Assembly: GCA_963744995.1 (NCBI GenBank)
Contig: CAVUWA010000010.1
Location: 384,001 to 448,000 of the forward strand
Direction: 5' to 3'
Source: Candidatus Eiseniibacteriota bacterium
Lineage (GTDB): Bacteria > Eisenbacteria > RBG-16-71-46
Length of the DNA: 64,000 nucleotides
The translations under genes were made by a program, and so were the position numbers. The notes under the pieces were generated by a model. The model saw nothing but the letters and a program-made list of their open reading frames with translations. It did not search any database and was not told the origin of the DNA. Within the stretch, counting starts at the first letter, position 1. Every line of letters begins with the position of its first letter. Positions 44,140 through 55,485 of this stretch are shown piece after piece.

Positions 44140-46044
44140 ATGTCAGACGCTCCTTCCCGGCCCGGCGCCGCGGACCGCATCGCTCCACCCGCCGCGACGG
44201 CCCCGGTCCGGCGCGGACCGCCGCGCCGTTCGCGCACGCTGGCGCGCACCGCACTCGGGATCGCGGTCGCTGCCATGGGCATGGTCAACATCCTCTCGGC
44301 GCTGCTCTCCCACTCGCCCTCGCGCCTGCAGGCGCTGCGGCGCCTCGTGCCGACCGACGTGCTCGACACCAGCCGCACGTTCACGCTGCTCGCGGGCGCG
44401 CTGCTGCTGGTGACCGCGTGGGGCCTCAGGCGCGGCAAGCGGCGCGCGTTCGTCGTCGCGCTGCTGCTGTGTGCGGTATCGGTGCCGGTGAATCTGCTCA
44501 AGGCGTTCGATTTCGAGGAGGCGACCATGGCGTCGGTGCTGATGTTCGCGCTCGGCGTCTCGGCCGACGCGTTCCGCGTGCGCAGCCGCGAGCCATCGTG
44601 GGGACCGGTCGCGCGCGGGGTGCTGTGGGGATTCGTGTTCATCGCGCTGTACGTCGTGGCGGGCACCTGGCTGCTCGAGCTGCAGCTCGGCCACCGCATG
44701 CGCATCGGCGACCTGCTCGCCGACGCCGCATGGCGTGCGTTCGGAATCGGTGCGCCCGTCGCGCTGGTCCCGGCCTCGCTGCCGCACGCCGCGCACCGGA
44801 TCGCCGACTGGTACGCGCGCTCGCTGCCGGTGCTGGGCTTCACCCTGGCGGTCGGCGCGGCGGTCGCCTCCTTGAGGCCCGCCCGCCACCGGCGGCGCCA
44901 CCAGCAGGAGCGTGAGCGTGTGCTCGCCCTGCTGGAGCAGCACGGCGATTCGACGGTCGCGGCGTTCGCCCTCGACGACGAGGTCGACTACTTCTTCAGC
45001 GACAACAGCCGGGCGGTGATCGCCTACCGTTACGAGTCCGACACCCTGCTCGCGATCGGCGATCCCATCGGCCCGCGCGAGGAGTGGCCGGCGCTGCTGA
45101 TCGATTTCGAGCGCTACTGCGAGGCGGGCGACTGGGAGTTCGCGTTTTTCCAGGCCCGTGACGCGCACCTCGACGCGTATCGCGAGCGCGGCTGGCACGC
45201 GCTGCACATCGGCGAAGATCCCGTGATCGACGTCGCGGACTTCACGCTCGAGGGCCCGGCCGTGGGCGACGTGCGGCGCGCGGTCCACCGGGCCGGACGC
45301 GCGGGGCTCGAGGTGCGCCAGTTCGGCGCGGGCGGTGCGGTCCTCGATCCCGACCATGGCGACCGTGCGCTGGTGGAGGAGCTGCGCGCGATCTCCGACG
45401 GCTGGCTCGCGGCGCACGCGGGCGGCGAAAAGGGCTTCTGCATGGGCCGCTTCGACGCGGCCCGGCTCGGGCACGCCTGGCTGGCCGTCGCATGGAACGG
45501 CCGCGCGCAGCGGGTCGAGGGCTTCGTCACCTGGGAGCCGATCTGGGCGCGCAAGGGCTGGGCGCTCGACCTGATGCGGCGGCGGCAGGACTCGGCGCCC
45601 GGCACGATGGAGCTGCTGATCGCACGCTCGGCGGAGGCGGCGCGGGCGCGCGGCGACGGACTGCTCTCGCTGTCGTTGTCGGCGCTCGCGCGCGTGGGCG
45701 AGGCCCAGGCGGGCGACCCCGGCGCCGGCGAGCGCACGCGCGTGCTGCTGCGGCGGCACCTGGCGCGCTTCTACGACTTCGAGGGCCTGTTCCGCTGGAA
45801 GCGCAAGTTCGCGCCGCGCTTCGAGGACCGCTACCTGGTCTATCCCGGCCCGTTCGCGCTGCCACGCGTCGCGCTCGCGCTGGTGCGCGCCCAGAGTCCA
45901 TCCGGCCTGCGCTCGTACCTGAACGCGCTGCTGCCCGCGCGCCGCGCGCCCGCCGCGCGGCCGGGTCCGGACGCGGCAGGCACGGCCACGTCCGCCGCGG
46001 CGCCGGGGACGGCGGCGGATGCCGCGAAGGAAGGGCGCCCGTGA
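44140..46044 (+). CDS. MprF-like aminoacyl-phospholipid synthase (DUF2156 domain) with short membrane domain
   Basis: N-terminal TM helices; IGDPIGP, IGEDPVID..FTLEG, EKGFCMGRF, LDLMRR...GTMELL, FY.FEGL..WK.KF.P.FE.RYL. Confidence 0.88.
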   Translation: MSDAPSRPGAADRIAPPAATAPVRRGPPRRSRTLARTALGIAVAAMGMVNILSALLSHSPSRLQALRRLVPTDVLDTSRTFTLLAGALLLVTAWGLRRGKRRAFVVALLLCAVSVPVNLLKAFDFEEATMASVLMFALGVSADAFRVRSREPSWGPVARGVLWGFVFIALYVVAGTWLLELQLGHRMRIGDLLADAAWRAFGIGAPVALVPASLPHAAHRIADWYARSLPVLGFTLAVGAAVASLRPARHRRRHQQERERVLALLEQHGDSTVAAFALDDEVDYFFSDNSRAVIAYRYESDTLLAIGDPIGPREEWPALLIDFERYCEAGDWEFAFFQARDAHLDAYRERGWHALHIGEDPVIDVADFTLEGPAVGDVRRAVHRAGRAGLEVRQFGAGGAVLDPDHGDRALVEELRAISDGWLAAHAGGEKGFCMGRFDAARLGHAWLAVAWNGRAQRVEGFVTWEPIWARKGWALDLMRRRQDSAPGTMELLIARSAEAARARGDGLLSLSLSALARVGEAQAGDPGAGERTRVLLRRHLARFYDFEGLFRWKRKFAPRFEDRYLVYPGPFALPRVALALVRAQSPSGLRSYLNALLPARRAPAARPGPDAAGTATSAAAPGTAADAAKEGRP

Positions 46045-46940
46045 ACCTGCCTCGCGCCCTCGCCGTTTCGCTCGCGCTGCTCCAGCCGTTCGCCGCCGGC
46101 GCGGATTCCGGCGGACGCGTGTTCAAGACCACGATGCCCGCGCCGTCGCTCGGCCAGCCACGCCGCAACGTCCTGGTCTACCTGCCGCCCTCCTACGACC
46201 TGCCCGCCGCCGCGTCGCGCCGCTATCCGGTGGTGTACCTCCTGCACGGCTTTCCGGGCCGCGCCGACGACTGGTTCGGGCGCGGCCACGCGGGGCACGC
46301 CGCGGACTCGCTGATCGCCGCCGGCGCGATCCCCGAAGTGATCCTCGTCGGTCCCGACGGCAACCGCGGGTTCTTCGGCCGCACCTTCTTCGCCAACGCC
46401 TTCGACGGCTCCTATCCGATGGAGCACTTCATGACGCGCGACCTCGTCGCGTGGACGGATTCGAGCTTCCGCACGATCCGCGCCCCCGCCGCGCGTGCGC
46501 TCATCGGCCTCTCGGACGGCGGCACCGCGGCATTCAACCTGGCGCTCGCACATCCGGACCTGTTCGGCGCCGCGGGCGCGCACAGCGCCGACTTCCGCCT
46601 CACCCGCGGCTTCGACATGCGCGGCATCGTCGGGCCGGCCGACGGCGCGCAGCGCTTCCTCGACGCGCTGAGCCCGCTCGTCTATCTGCGTTCGGGCGGG
46701 GCGCGCACCTGGCCGTCGCTCTACTTCGACTGCGGCACGGAGGACGAGTCGTTCGGGAGCAATCGCGAGCTGGACGCGCTGCTCGACTCGCTCGGCGTGG
46801 CGCACGCGTTCCACGCCTTCCCGGGTTCCCACACCTGGGGCTACTGGGGCCGGCACCTGCACCAGTCGCTCGTCGCGGTGACGCGCGGCATGCCGCGCGC
46901 CGCCGGCGGCGGGCGCGGGGACGCCGGCGCGGGCCGCTGA
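46041..46940 (+). CDS. Exported alpha/beta-hydrolase (putative esterase family)
   Basis: GTG overlaps upstream TGA; signal peptide; VYLPPSY, RYPVVYLLHG, GLSDGG (GxSxG), DCGTED, GSHTWGYW. Confidence 0.9.
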   Translation: MNLPRALAVSLALLQPFAAGADSGGRVFKTTMPAPSLGQPRRNVLVYLPPSYDLPAAASRRYPVVYLLHGFPGRADDWFGRGHAGHAADSLIAAGAIPEVILVGPDGNRGFFGRTFFANAFDGSYPMEHFMTRDLVAWTDSSFRTIRAPAARALIGLSDGGTAAFNLALAHPDLFGAAGAHSADFRLTRGFDMRGIVGPADGAQRFLDALSPLVYLRSGGARTWPSLYFDCGTEDESFGSNRELDALLDSLGVAHAFHAFPGSHTWGYWGRHLHQSLVAVTRGMPRAAGGGRGDAGAGR

Positions 46941-46990
46941 GCGCCGCGGCCCGGTCGGGCGCAGCGGCCCGCGGGCGCCGCCGCCGCGCG

Positions 46991-47019
46991 TTGACACCCC
47001 TCCGGCCACCGTTTAGCGT
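46991..47019 (+). promoter_or_regulatory. Sigma70-like promoter for the tdk operon
   Basis: TTGACA-N17-TAGCGT, 9 nt before ATG 47029. Confidence 0.65.
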
Positions 47020-47028
47020 CGCTCTCCC

Positions 47029-47697
47029 ATGGCCGAACCCGCAATGCCTTCACCGAACAGCGGTTGGATCGAGGTCATCGTCGGCAGCATGTACAGCGGC
47101 AAGACGGAGGAGCTGATCCGCCGCCTGCGCCGCGCGCAGATCGCCCGCCAGCGCGTGGAGATCTTCAAGCCGGCCTTGGACGACCGCTATTCCTCCGACC
47201 ACATCGTGTCGCACTCCGAGCTGCGCATTCCGTCGCGCACCGTACGCACCGCGCGCGAGATCCTCAGATACGCGCACGAGGCGCAGGTGATCGGCATCGA
47301 CGAGGGTCAGTTCCTGGGCCCGGCGCTCGTCGAGGTCTGCGAGAAGCTCGCCAACTCCGGCAAGCGGGTGATCGTCGCCGGACTGGATCAGGACTACGCC
47401 GGGCGGCCGTTCGAACCCATGCCGCAGCTGCTGGCGGTCGCGGAGTTCATCACCAAGACGCTCGCCATCTGCGTCGTGTGCGGCAATCCCGCCAACCGCA
47501 CCTATCGCAAGAAGCGCCGCAGCGGCCGCGTGCTGGTCGGCGGCGCCGACCTGTACGAGGCGCGCTGCCGCCGCTGCCATCAACTGGGACGCCGGGCCGT
47601 CGCGCCCGACGCGACTGGAGGCTCGAATGGTTCGAGGTCTCGCCGCACGCGCACTGCTACTCGCCGCTCTCGCGCTCCTGCCCGCCGGGTGCGGTAG
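47029..47697 (+). CDS. tdk: Thymidine kinase
   Basis: [29 protein letters not shown]...YEARCRRC zinc site. Confidence 0.95.
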   Translation: MAEPAMPSPNSGWIEVIVGSMYSGKTEELIRRLRRAQIARQRVEIFKPALDDRYSSDHIVSHSELRIPSRTVRTAREILRYAHEAQVIGIDEGQFLGPALVEVCEKLANSGKRVIVAGLDQDYAGRPFEPMPQLLAVAEFITKTLAICVVCGNPANRTYRKKRRSGRVLVGGADLYEARCRRCHQLGRRAVAPDATGGSNGSRSRRTRTATRRSRAPARRVR

Positions 47698-48655
47698 CCG
47701 GGGCGATCACACCGCCGCACGCACGCCCGCGGGCGCGCTCAAGGTGGGGCTGGTCTTCGATGTCGGCGGCCGCGGCGACAAATCCTTCAACGACGCCGCC
47801 TACGCCGGCCTCGAGCGCGCGCAGAAGGAGCTCGGCATCGAGTTCACCACGCTCGAAACCGGCGAGGGCGCCGATCGCGAGGCGGCCCTGCGCCAGCTCG
47901 CCGCCGGCGGCTCGCAGCTCGTGTTCGGCGTCGGCTTCCTGTTCAGCGACGACATTCGCCGGCTCGCCGAGGAGTTCCCCGACGTCAAGTTCGCGTGCGT
48001 CGACTACACGGTGCAGGACGGCGAGGTGCTGCCGCCCAACCTCGTGGCGCTCAAGTTCCGCGAGGAGCAGGGCTCCTACCTGGTCGGCGCGCTGGCGGCC
48101 CTGCTGAGCCGGACCCACACCGTGGGCTTCGTCGGCGGCATGGAGATCCCGCTCATCAAGAAGTTCGAGGCGGGCTACCGGGCCGGGGTCGAGAAGGCCG
48201 CACCCGGCACGAAGGTGCTGGTCAAGTACGCCGGCACCACCGGCACCGCGTTCAAGGATCCGACCAAGGGCAAGGAGCTGGCGCTCTCCGAATACCATCA
48301 GGGCGCCGACATCATCTTCCACGCCGCCGGCTCGACCGGACTCGGCGTGTTCGAAGCGGCGCGCGAGCTGAACCGGCTGGCGATCGGCGTGGATGCCGAC
48401 CAGTGGGACGAGGCGCCCGGCGTCGTCGTCACCTCCATGGTCAAGCGCGTCGACAACGCCGTCTTCGACACGATCAAGCAGGTCCAGGAGGGCCACTGGT
48501 CGGGCGGCGTGCACGTGTTCGGCCTCGCCGAGCACGGCGTGGGCTGGGTGTACGATGCGCGCAACCGTCACATGATCCCCGATCCCGTGAGGGCCACCGT
48601 GGATTCGCTGGAAGCCGAGATCGTTTCCGGCGCGATCGAGGTGCCCACGAGCTGA
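47627..48655 (+). CDS. BMP family ABC transporter substrate-binding lipoprotein (nucleoside-type)
   Basis: GGAGG RBS; lipobox [55 protein letters not shown]. Confidence 0.93.
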   Translation: MVRGLAARALLLAALALLPAGCGSRGDHTAARTPAGALKVGLVFDVGGRGDKSFNDAAYAGLERAQKELGIEFTTLETGEGADREAALRQLAAGGSQLVFGVGFLFSDDIRRLAEEFPDVKFACVDYTVQDGEVLPPNLVALKFREEQGSYLVGALAALLSRTHTVGFVGGMEIPLIKKFEAGYRAGVEKAAPGTKVLVKYAGTTGTAFKDPTKGKELALSEYHQGADIIFHAAGSTGLGVFEAARELNRLAIGVDADQWDEAPGVVVTSMVKRVDNAVFDTIKQVQEGHWSGGVHVFGLAEHGVGWVYDARNRHMIPDPVRATVDSLEAEIVSGAIEVPTS

Positions 48656-48663
48656 GTCGAATC

Positions 48664-49611
48664 ATGGATGCATGGACCGAACTCGGTGATGGCATCCACA
48701 TCCGGGAGAGCCGCGCCTTCCGGATGAACAGCGCGGTCATGGTGGCCGAAGACCACGCCGTGCTCGTCGACCCCGGCGTTCTGCCATCCGAGCTGGACGA
48801 CATCGACGCGTTCATCTCCCGCGCGGGCGCGGCGCGGGCCACGCTGATCTTCACCCACGACCACTGGGACCACGTCCTCGGCCGGCCGTGGTGGCCCGCG
48901 GCCGAGACGCTCGCCCACGATGGTTTCGCTCCGGCGGTGGCGCGCGACGCGGAACGCATCACCCGGGAGGCCGCGCGCTGCGCCGCGGCGCATGGCGAGA
49001 CCTGGGAGCGCGGCTTCCAGCCGTTCGCGCCCACGCATGCGGTGAGCGGTCTGCACTTCGCGCCGGTCGGCGCGTTCCGCATGGTGTTCCGCGACGCGCC
49101 GGGCCACTGCCCGACCCAGCTCACCGTGCACCTGCCGGACGAGCATCTGCTGTTCGCCGCCGACATGCTGTCGGACATCGAGATTCCGATGCTCGATGGT
49201 CCGGTCGCGATCTACACCCGCACGCTGCAGGGTCTCGCGCCGCTCATCGAAGGCGGTGCGATCGAGACGCTGGTGCCCGGCCACGGCGGCATCGCGCGGG
49301 GCGTCGAGGTGCGCGACCGCCTGAACCGCGATCTGCTCTACCTCGAGACGCTGGAAACGCGGGTGCGCGCCTGCCGCGCGGCCGGCCTCGATCTCGCGGC
49401 GACGCAGGCATCGCTCGCGGAAATGGAGTACACCGGGAAGGATGCGGCGTACTCCATGACGTCCGTCCACTCGGACAACGTTCGTTTCGCCTGGGAAAGC
49501 CCCGCCGCGCCCCCCCGCAGGGGGCCGGCGGCCGGACCTCAGCGGAATCCGAAGCCCCGCGGGCCGCGGGGCCGCCGTTCCGCCAAACGCAGGAGGCCTC
49601 ATGGCTCGTGA
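48664..49611 (+). CDS. MBL-fold metallo-hydrolase
   Basis: LVDPG, THDHWDH, PGH, AADMLSD, VPGHG. Confidence 0.88.
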   Translation: MDAWTELGDGIHIRESRAFRMNSAVMVAEDHAVLVDPGVLPSELDDIDAFISRAGAARATLIFTHDHWDHVLGRPWWPAAETLAHDGFAPAVARDAERITREAARCAAAHGETWERGFQPFAPTHAVSGLHFAPVGAFRMVFRDAPGHCPTQLTVHLPDEHLLFAADMLSDIEIPMLDGPVAIYTRTLQGLAPLIEGGAIETLVPGHGGIARGVEVRDRLNRDLLYLETLETRVRACRAAGLDLAATQASLAEMEYTGKDAAYSMTSVHSDNVRFAWESPAAPPRRGPAAGPQRNPKPRGPRGRRSAKRRRPHGS

Positions 49612-50854
49612 GAACCTGAATCCGTTCGCGATCGCCCGCGCCCAGTTCGAGCGCGCCGCCGACCGACTCGGCCTCGACAAGGGGCTTCGGGAGGTGCTCT
49701 CGACACCCAAGCGCGAGCTCACCGTGTCCATCCCCGTGAAGATGGACGACGGCTCCTACCGCGTCTTCCGCGGGCACCGCGTGCAGCACAACATCGCGCG
49801 CGGCCCGGCGAAGGGCGGGATCCGCTTCCATCCGGGCGTGACGCTCGATGAGGTGCGGGCGCTCGCGTCGTGGATGACTTGGAAGTGTGCGTGCCTGAAC
49901 CTGCCGTTCGGTGGCGGCAAGGGCGGCGTCAAGGTGGATCCGCACAAGCTCTCGAAGACCGAGCTCGAACGGCTCACGCGCCGCTACGCGAGCGAGATCC
50001 TGCCGATCATCGGCCCCGATCAGGACATTCCCGCGCCCGACGTCTACACCGATTCGCAGACCATGGCGTGGATCATGGACACCTACAGCATGACCCGCGG
50101 CCGCACCACGCTCGGTGTCGTGACCGGCAAGCCGGTCGGCCTCGGCGGCTCGAAGGGCCGCGCCACCGCCACCGCGCGCGGCGTGCAGTTCACGCTGCGC
50201 GAAGCGTGCCGCGAGCGGAAGATCAAGCTCAAGGGCGCGCGCGTCGCGATCCAGGGCTTCGGCAACGCCGGCGGCCACCTCGCCACGCTGCTCGCCGCGG
50301 AGGGCGTGAATCTGGTCGCCGCGTCCGACTCGAAGGGCGGCACGTACAACGCGAAGGGTCTCGACGCGAAGGCGCTGCACGCGCACAAGGCCTCCGGCGC
50401 GAGCCTCGCCACCTTCCCCGGCGGGAAGAAGATGACCAACCGGCAGGTGCTCGAGGTCGCGTGCGACGTCCTGGTGCCCGCCGCGCTCGAGAACCAGATC
50501 ACCTCCGCCAACGCCGGCCGCATCAAGGCGAAGATCGTGGCCGAGGCCGCGAACGGCCCCACCACGCCCGCCGCGGACGAGATCCTGTTCAGGAAGGGCC
50601 GGACCGTGATCCCCGACATCCTCGCGAACGCCGGCGGCGTCACCGTCAGCTACTTCGAGTGGGTGCAGGACTTCTCGTCGTTCTTCTGGGATGAGCAGCA
50701 GGTGGATCAGATGCTCGAGAGAGCGATGGTCGATGCCTACCGCGACGTGTCGAAGGCGGCGCGGCAGCATAAGGCCAGTCTGCGCGACGGCGCGTACGTG
50801 GTGGCGGTCGGCCGCGTGGCCGAGGCCACCGAGGTGCGCGGGCTGTTCCCGTAG
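49601..50854 (+). CDS. gdhA: Glu/Leu/Phe/Val dehydrogenase (glutamate dehydrogenase)
   Basis: RGPAKGGIRFHP, MTWKCA, PFGGGKGG, DIPAPDV, VTGKP, IQGFGNAG, EAANGPTT, NAGGVTVSYFEW. Confidence 0.93.
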   Translation: MARENLNPFAIARAQFERAADRLGLDKGLREVLSTPKRELTVSIPVKMDDGSYRVFRGHRVQHNIARGPAKGGIRFHPGVTLDEVRALASWMTWKCACLNLPFGGGKGGVKVDPHKLSKTELERLTRRYASEILPIIGPDQDIPAPDVYTDSQTMAWIMDTYSMTRGRTTLGVVTGKPVGLGGSKGRATATARGVQFTLREACRERKIKLKGARVAIQGFGNAGGHLATLLAAEGVNLVAASDSKGGTYNAKGLDAKALHAHKASGASLATFPGGKKMTNRQVLEVACDVLVPAALENQITSANAGRIKAKIVAEAANGPTTPAADEILFRKGRTVIPDILANAGGVTVSYFEWVQDFSSFFWDEQQVDQMLERAMVDAYRDVSKAARQHKASLRDGAYVVAVGRVAEATEVRGLFP

Positions 50855-50884
50855 ACGCGGGGCCGCATGAGCGCCGCATGAGAG

Positions 50885-50915
50885 CGCCGCCGCCCCGGGA
50901 CCGGGGGCGGCGGCG
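50885..50915 (+). terminator. GC-rich hairpin downstream of gdhA
   Basis: CGCCGCCGCCCC...GGGGCGGCGGCG 12-bp stem followed by TTCGT. Confidence 0.5.
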
Positions 50916-51045
50916 TTCGTACGCTCGCGCGACACGACGGCCTCGAGCCCGCGCCGGAAGCGACGGCCGCGGCCCGCCGGGTTCCCTTCGCGCCGGGCGC
51001 ACGCGCCTAGACGCAGGCCGGGCCCGGAGATACGCTGCCGCCCCT

Positions 51046-52562
<1,517 letters not shown>

Positions 52563-52566
<4 letters not shown>

Positions 52567-53642
52567 GCGCCGGCGTCCCGGCCCGTGCCGGCCCCGCCGC
52601 GCGCGGCCCCTCGCGCGGCACCCTGCTCGCGATGGCGGCGCCGCTGGTCGCGATCCTGCTCGCGCTCGCCGCGGGCGCGATCTTCATCGTCGCGATCGGC
52701 GAGAATCCGTTCCAGGTCTACGGGCTGATGATCGGCGAGAGCCTCGGCACGGGCTACGGCCTCGGCCAGACCCTGTTCAAGGCCACGCCGCTCGTGTTCA
52801 CGGGGCTCGCGGTGGCGCTGGGGTTCCGCGCCGGGCTTTTCAACATCGGCGCCGAGGGCCAGCTCTACCTCGGCGGCTTCGCAGCCGCACTCGCGGGTGC
52901 GGCGCTGGCCGGCTGGCCGGCGCCGCTGCTGCTGCCCCTCTGCGCGCTCGCGGCCGCGCTCGCGGGCGGCGCGTGGGGCGCGATCCCGGGGATCCTCAAG
53001 GCCCGCTTCGGCGCGCACGAGGTGATCAATACGATCATGCTCAACTTCATCGCGTTCGCGCTGGTGTCGTTCGTCGGCCGGCCGCTGTTCGAGCCCGCCA
53101 CCGTGCGCACGGCGGAGATCGGCGCGGGCGCCGTGCTGCCGCGGCTCTCGGACGCACTGCCGCTCCTGCGCGGCTCGCCCGCCAACGCGTCGCTGCTGGT
53201 CGCCCTCGCCGTCGCGGCGCTCGCCGGCGTGCTGATGTTCCGTACCCGTTTCGGCTACGCGCTGCGCGCGGTCGGACTGAACGCCCCGGCCGCCGCGTTC
53301 GGCGGCATCTCGATCGGCCGCACGCAGGCGCTGGCGATGACGTTGTCCGGCGCCGTCGCCGGGCTCGGCGGGGTGAACTTCGTGCTCGGCTACAAGCACT
53401 TCTTCGAGCTCGGCTTCTCGGGCGGGGCCGGCTTCCTCGGCATCGCGGTCGCCCTGATCGGGCGCAACCATCCGATCGGCGTGGTGCTCGCCGCACTGTT
53501 CTTCGGCGCGCTGTCGTACGGCGGTCTGGTCATCAATCAACGCGTGCCGCGCGAGCTGATCGACGTCCTGCAGGGACTGGTCATCCTGTTCGCGATCAGC
53601 GCACAGGTCGTTCTGGAGCGCGTCGCGCGCCGCATGTCGTAG
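52563..53642 (+). CDS. Nucleoside ABC transporter permease 1
   Basis: GLFNIGAEGQ, HEVINTIMLNF, GFLGIAVALIGRNHP; TTG overlaps upstream stop, alternative ATG at 52632. Confidence 0.9.
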
Positions 53643-53673
53643 CGGCCGCCCGCAGGCAGAAAGGAGCGTCTTC

Positions 53674-54579
53674 GTGGAGCTGCTGCTGTTCGTCGCCGCC
53701 ATGCTGCGGATCAGCGTGCCGTACGCGCTGGCCGCGCTGGGCGCCACGTTCAGCGAACGCGGCGGGGTGATCAACATCGCGCTCGAAGGCATCATGCTCA
53801 ACGGTGCGCTCGCCTACGTGCTCGGCGCCTGGTGGACGTCGAACCCGTGGATCGGCGTGCTCGCGGCCGTGCTCGCGGGGCTCGCCACCGCCGCGCTGCA
53901 CGCGCTGGTGACGGTTGCGTTCCGCGCCGACCAGATCACCAGCGGCCTCGGCATCAACCTGCTCGCGGCCGGGCTCACCAAGTTCGTGCTCACCCAGGTG
54001 TTCCACTCGTCCTCCAACAGCGAGCGCGTCGTCGGGCTGCCGACGTGGCACCTGCCGTTCGTGTCCGGCTGGGCCGGCCTCGGCCCGGTGCTGGAAGCGC
54101 CGCTGGTGCTGCTCGCGATCGTGCTGGTGCCGCTCGGCCACTGGCTGCTGTTCCGTTCGGTGTTCGGCCTGCGTCTGCGCACGATGGGCGAACGCCCGGA
54201 GGCCGGCGCGACCCTCGGGCTGTCGGTCGCCGCCTACCGTGTGGCGGGCGTGCTGATCTCGGGCGTGCTCGCCGGACTCGCCGGGGCGTGGCTCGCGAGC
54301 GAGCAGCACTCGTTCACCGATGCGATGACCGGCGGCCGCGGCTACATCGCCCTCGCGGCGATGATCGTCGGCAAGTGGTCGCCGTTCGGGGCGGCCGCGG
54401 CCTGCCTGCTGTTCGGCGCCGCCGAGGCGCTGCAGATCTCGCTGCAGGGCTCGCGCTTTCCGAACGAACTGTTGCAGATGCTGCCGTATCTGGTCACCAT
54501 GTTCGCCCTCGCGGGCCTGATCGGCCGCGCGACCCCGCCGCGCGCGGTGGGCGTTCCCTACGACCCGGAGGAGCATTGA
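53674..54579 (+). CDS. Nucleoside ABC transporter permease 2
   Basis: SERGGVINIALEG, ADQITSG, GRGYIALAAMIVGKW, LPYLVT. Confidence 0.92.
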   Translation: MELLLFVAAMLRISVPYALAALGATFSERGGVINIALEGIMLNGALAYVLGAWWTSNPWIGVLAAVLAGLATAALHALVTVAFRADQITSGLGINLLAAGLTKFVLTQVFHSSSNSERVVGLPTWHLPFVSGWAGLGPVLEAPLVLLAIVLVPLGHWLLFRSVFGLRLRTMGERPEAGATLGLSVAAYRVAGVLISGVLAGLAGAWLASEQHSFTDAMTGGRGYIALAAMIVGKWSPFGAAAACLLFGAAEALQISLQGSRFPNELLQMLPYLVTMFALAGLIGRATPPRAVGVPYDPEEH

Positions 54580-55430
54580 ACGAGGACGTCGTCTCCCCGC
54601 TGCCGACCCGCGATCTCGAGGTCCGCGTGCGCGACTGCGTGCGCGCGATTCACGCGCGGTCGAACCTGGTGCCGAAAGTCGGTCTCACGCTCGGCTCCGG
54701 ACTCGGCGGGGTGATCGACGCGCTCGAGGACGCGGTGATCCTGCCGACCCACGAGCTGCCGCACTGGCCGCGCTCCACGGTCGCGGGCCACGCGGGGCGC
54801 TTCGCGCTCGGCCACTGGGAAGGGGTTCCGGTCGCGGCCCTGTCCGGCCGCACGCACCGCTACGAAGGCCACGCGCTCGACCGCGTCACGTTCGGCCTGC
54901 GCGTCATGCGCGACCTCGGCGCGCGCACGCTGATCTTCACGAACGCGGTCGGCGCGATGAACCCCGAGTACCGCCCCGGCGACATCATGCTGGCAGTGGA
55001 TCACATCAACGCGATCGGCAAGCGCGGGTTGTTCACGCCGGGCGAGCTGGCGGAGCGCCGCGCGGGGCGCCGCGTGGCGAACTACTACACGCCGCGCCTG
55101 CGCGCGGCGCTGCTGGCCGCGGCGACGCGTGCCGGGGTGCGGCTGCAGCGCGGCACGCTGATGGGCGGCCTGGGCCCGACCTACGAAACGGCGGCCGAGG
55201 TGCGCATGGCCGCCGCGCTGGGCGCCGACGTCGCCTGCATGAGCACGGTGCACGAGGTCACCGTCGCGGCGCAGCTCGGCTGCGAAACGGCGGGGCTGTC
55301 GTGCATCACCAACCGCGCCACGGGCCTGTCCGACGGTCCGCTCACGCACCACGACGTCACCGAGGTCGCCGACCGCGTGGCGTCGAGGCTGCGCGCGATC
55401 ATCACCGAGTTCCTGCGGGGCGGGGCGTAG
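54576..55430 (+). CDS. punA: Purine nucleoside phosphorylase (trimeric PunA/XapA type)
   Basis: LGSGLG, STVAGHAG, GRTHRYEG, TNAVG, DHIN, GPTYETAAE, MSTVHE, SCITN; GGAGGAG RBS with TTG start. Confidence 0.9.
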   Translation: MNEDVVSPLPTRDLEVRVRDCVRAIHARSNLVPKVGLTLGSGLGGVIDALEDAVILPTHELPHWPRSTVAGHAGRFALGHWEGVPVAALSGRTHRYEGHALDRVTFGLRVMRDLGARTLIFTNAVGAMNPEYRPGDIMLAVDHINAIGKRGLFTPGELAERRAGRRVANYYTPRLRAALLAAATRAGVRLQRGTLMGGLGPTYETAAEVRMAAALGADVACMSTVHEVTVAAQLGCETAGLSCITNRATGLSDGPLTHHDVTEVADRVASRLRAIITEFLRGGA

Positions 55431-55485
55431 CCCGGCGGCAGCGCGGATCGCGGGCGGGGTGCGGACGCGGCGCGGGAACGCCGGG

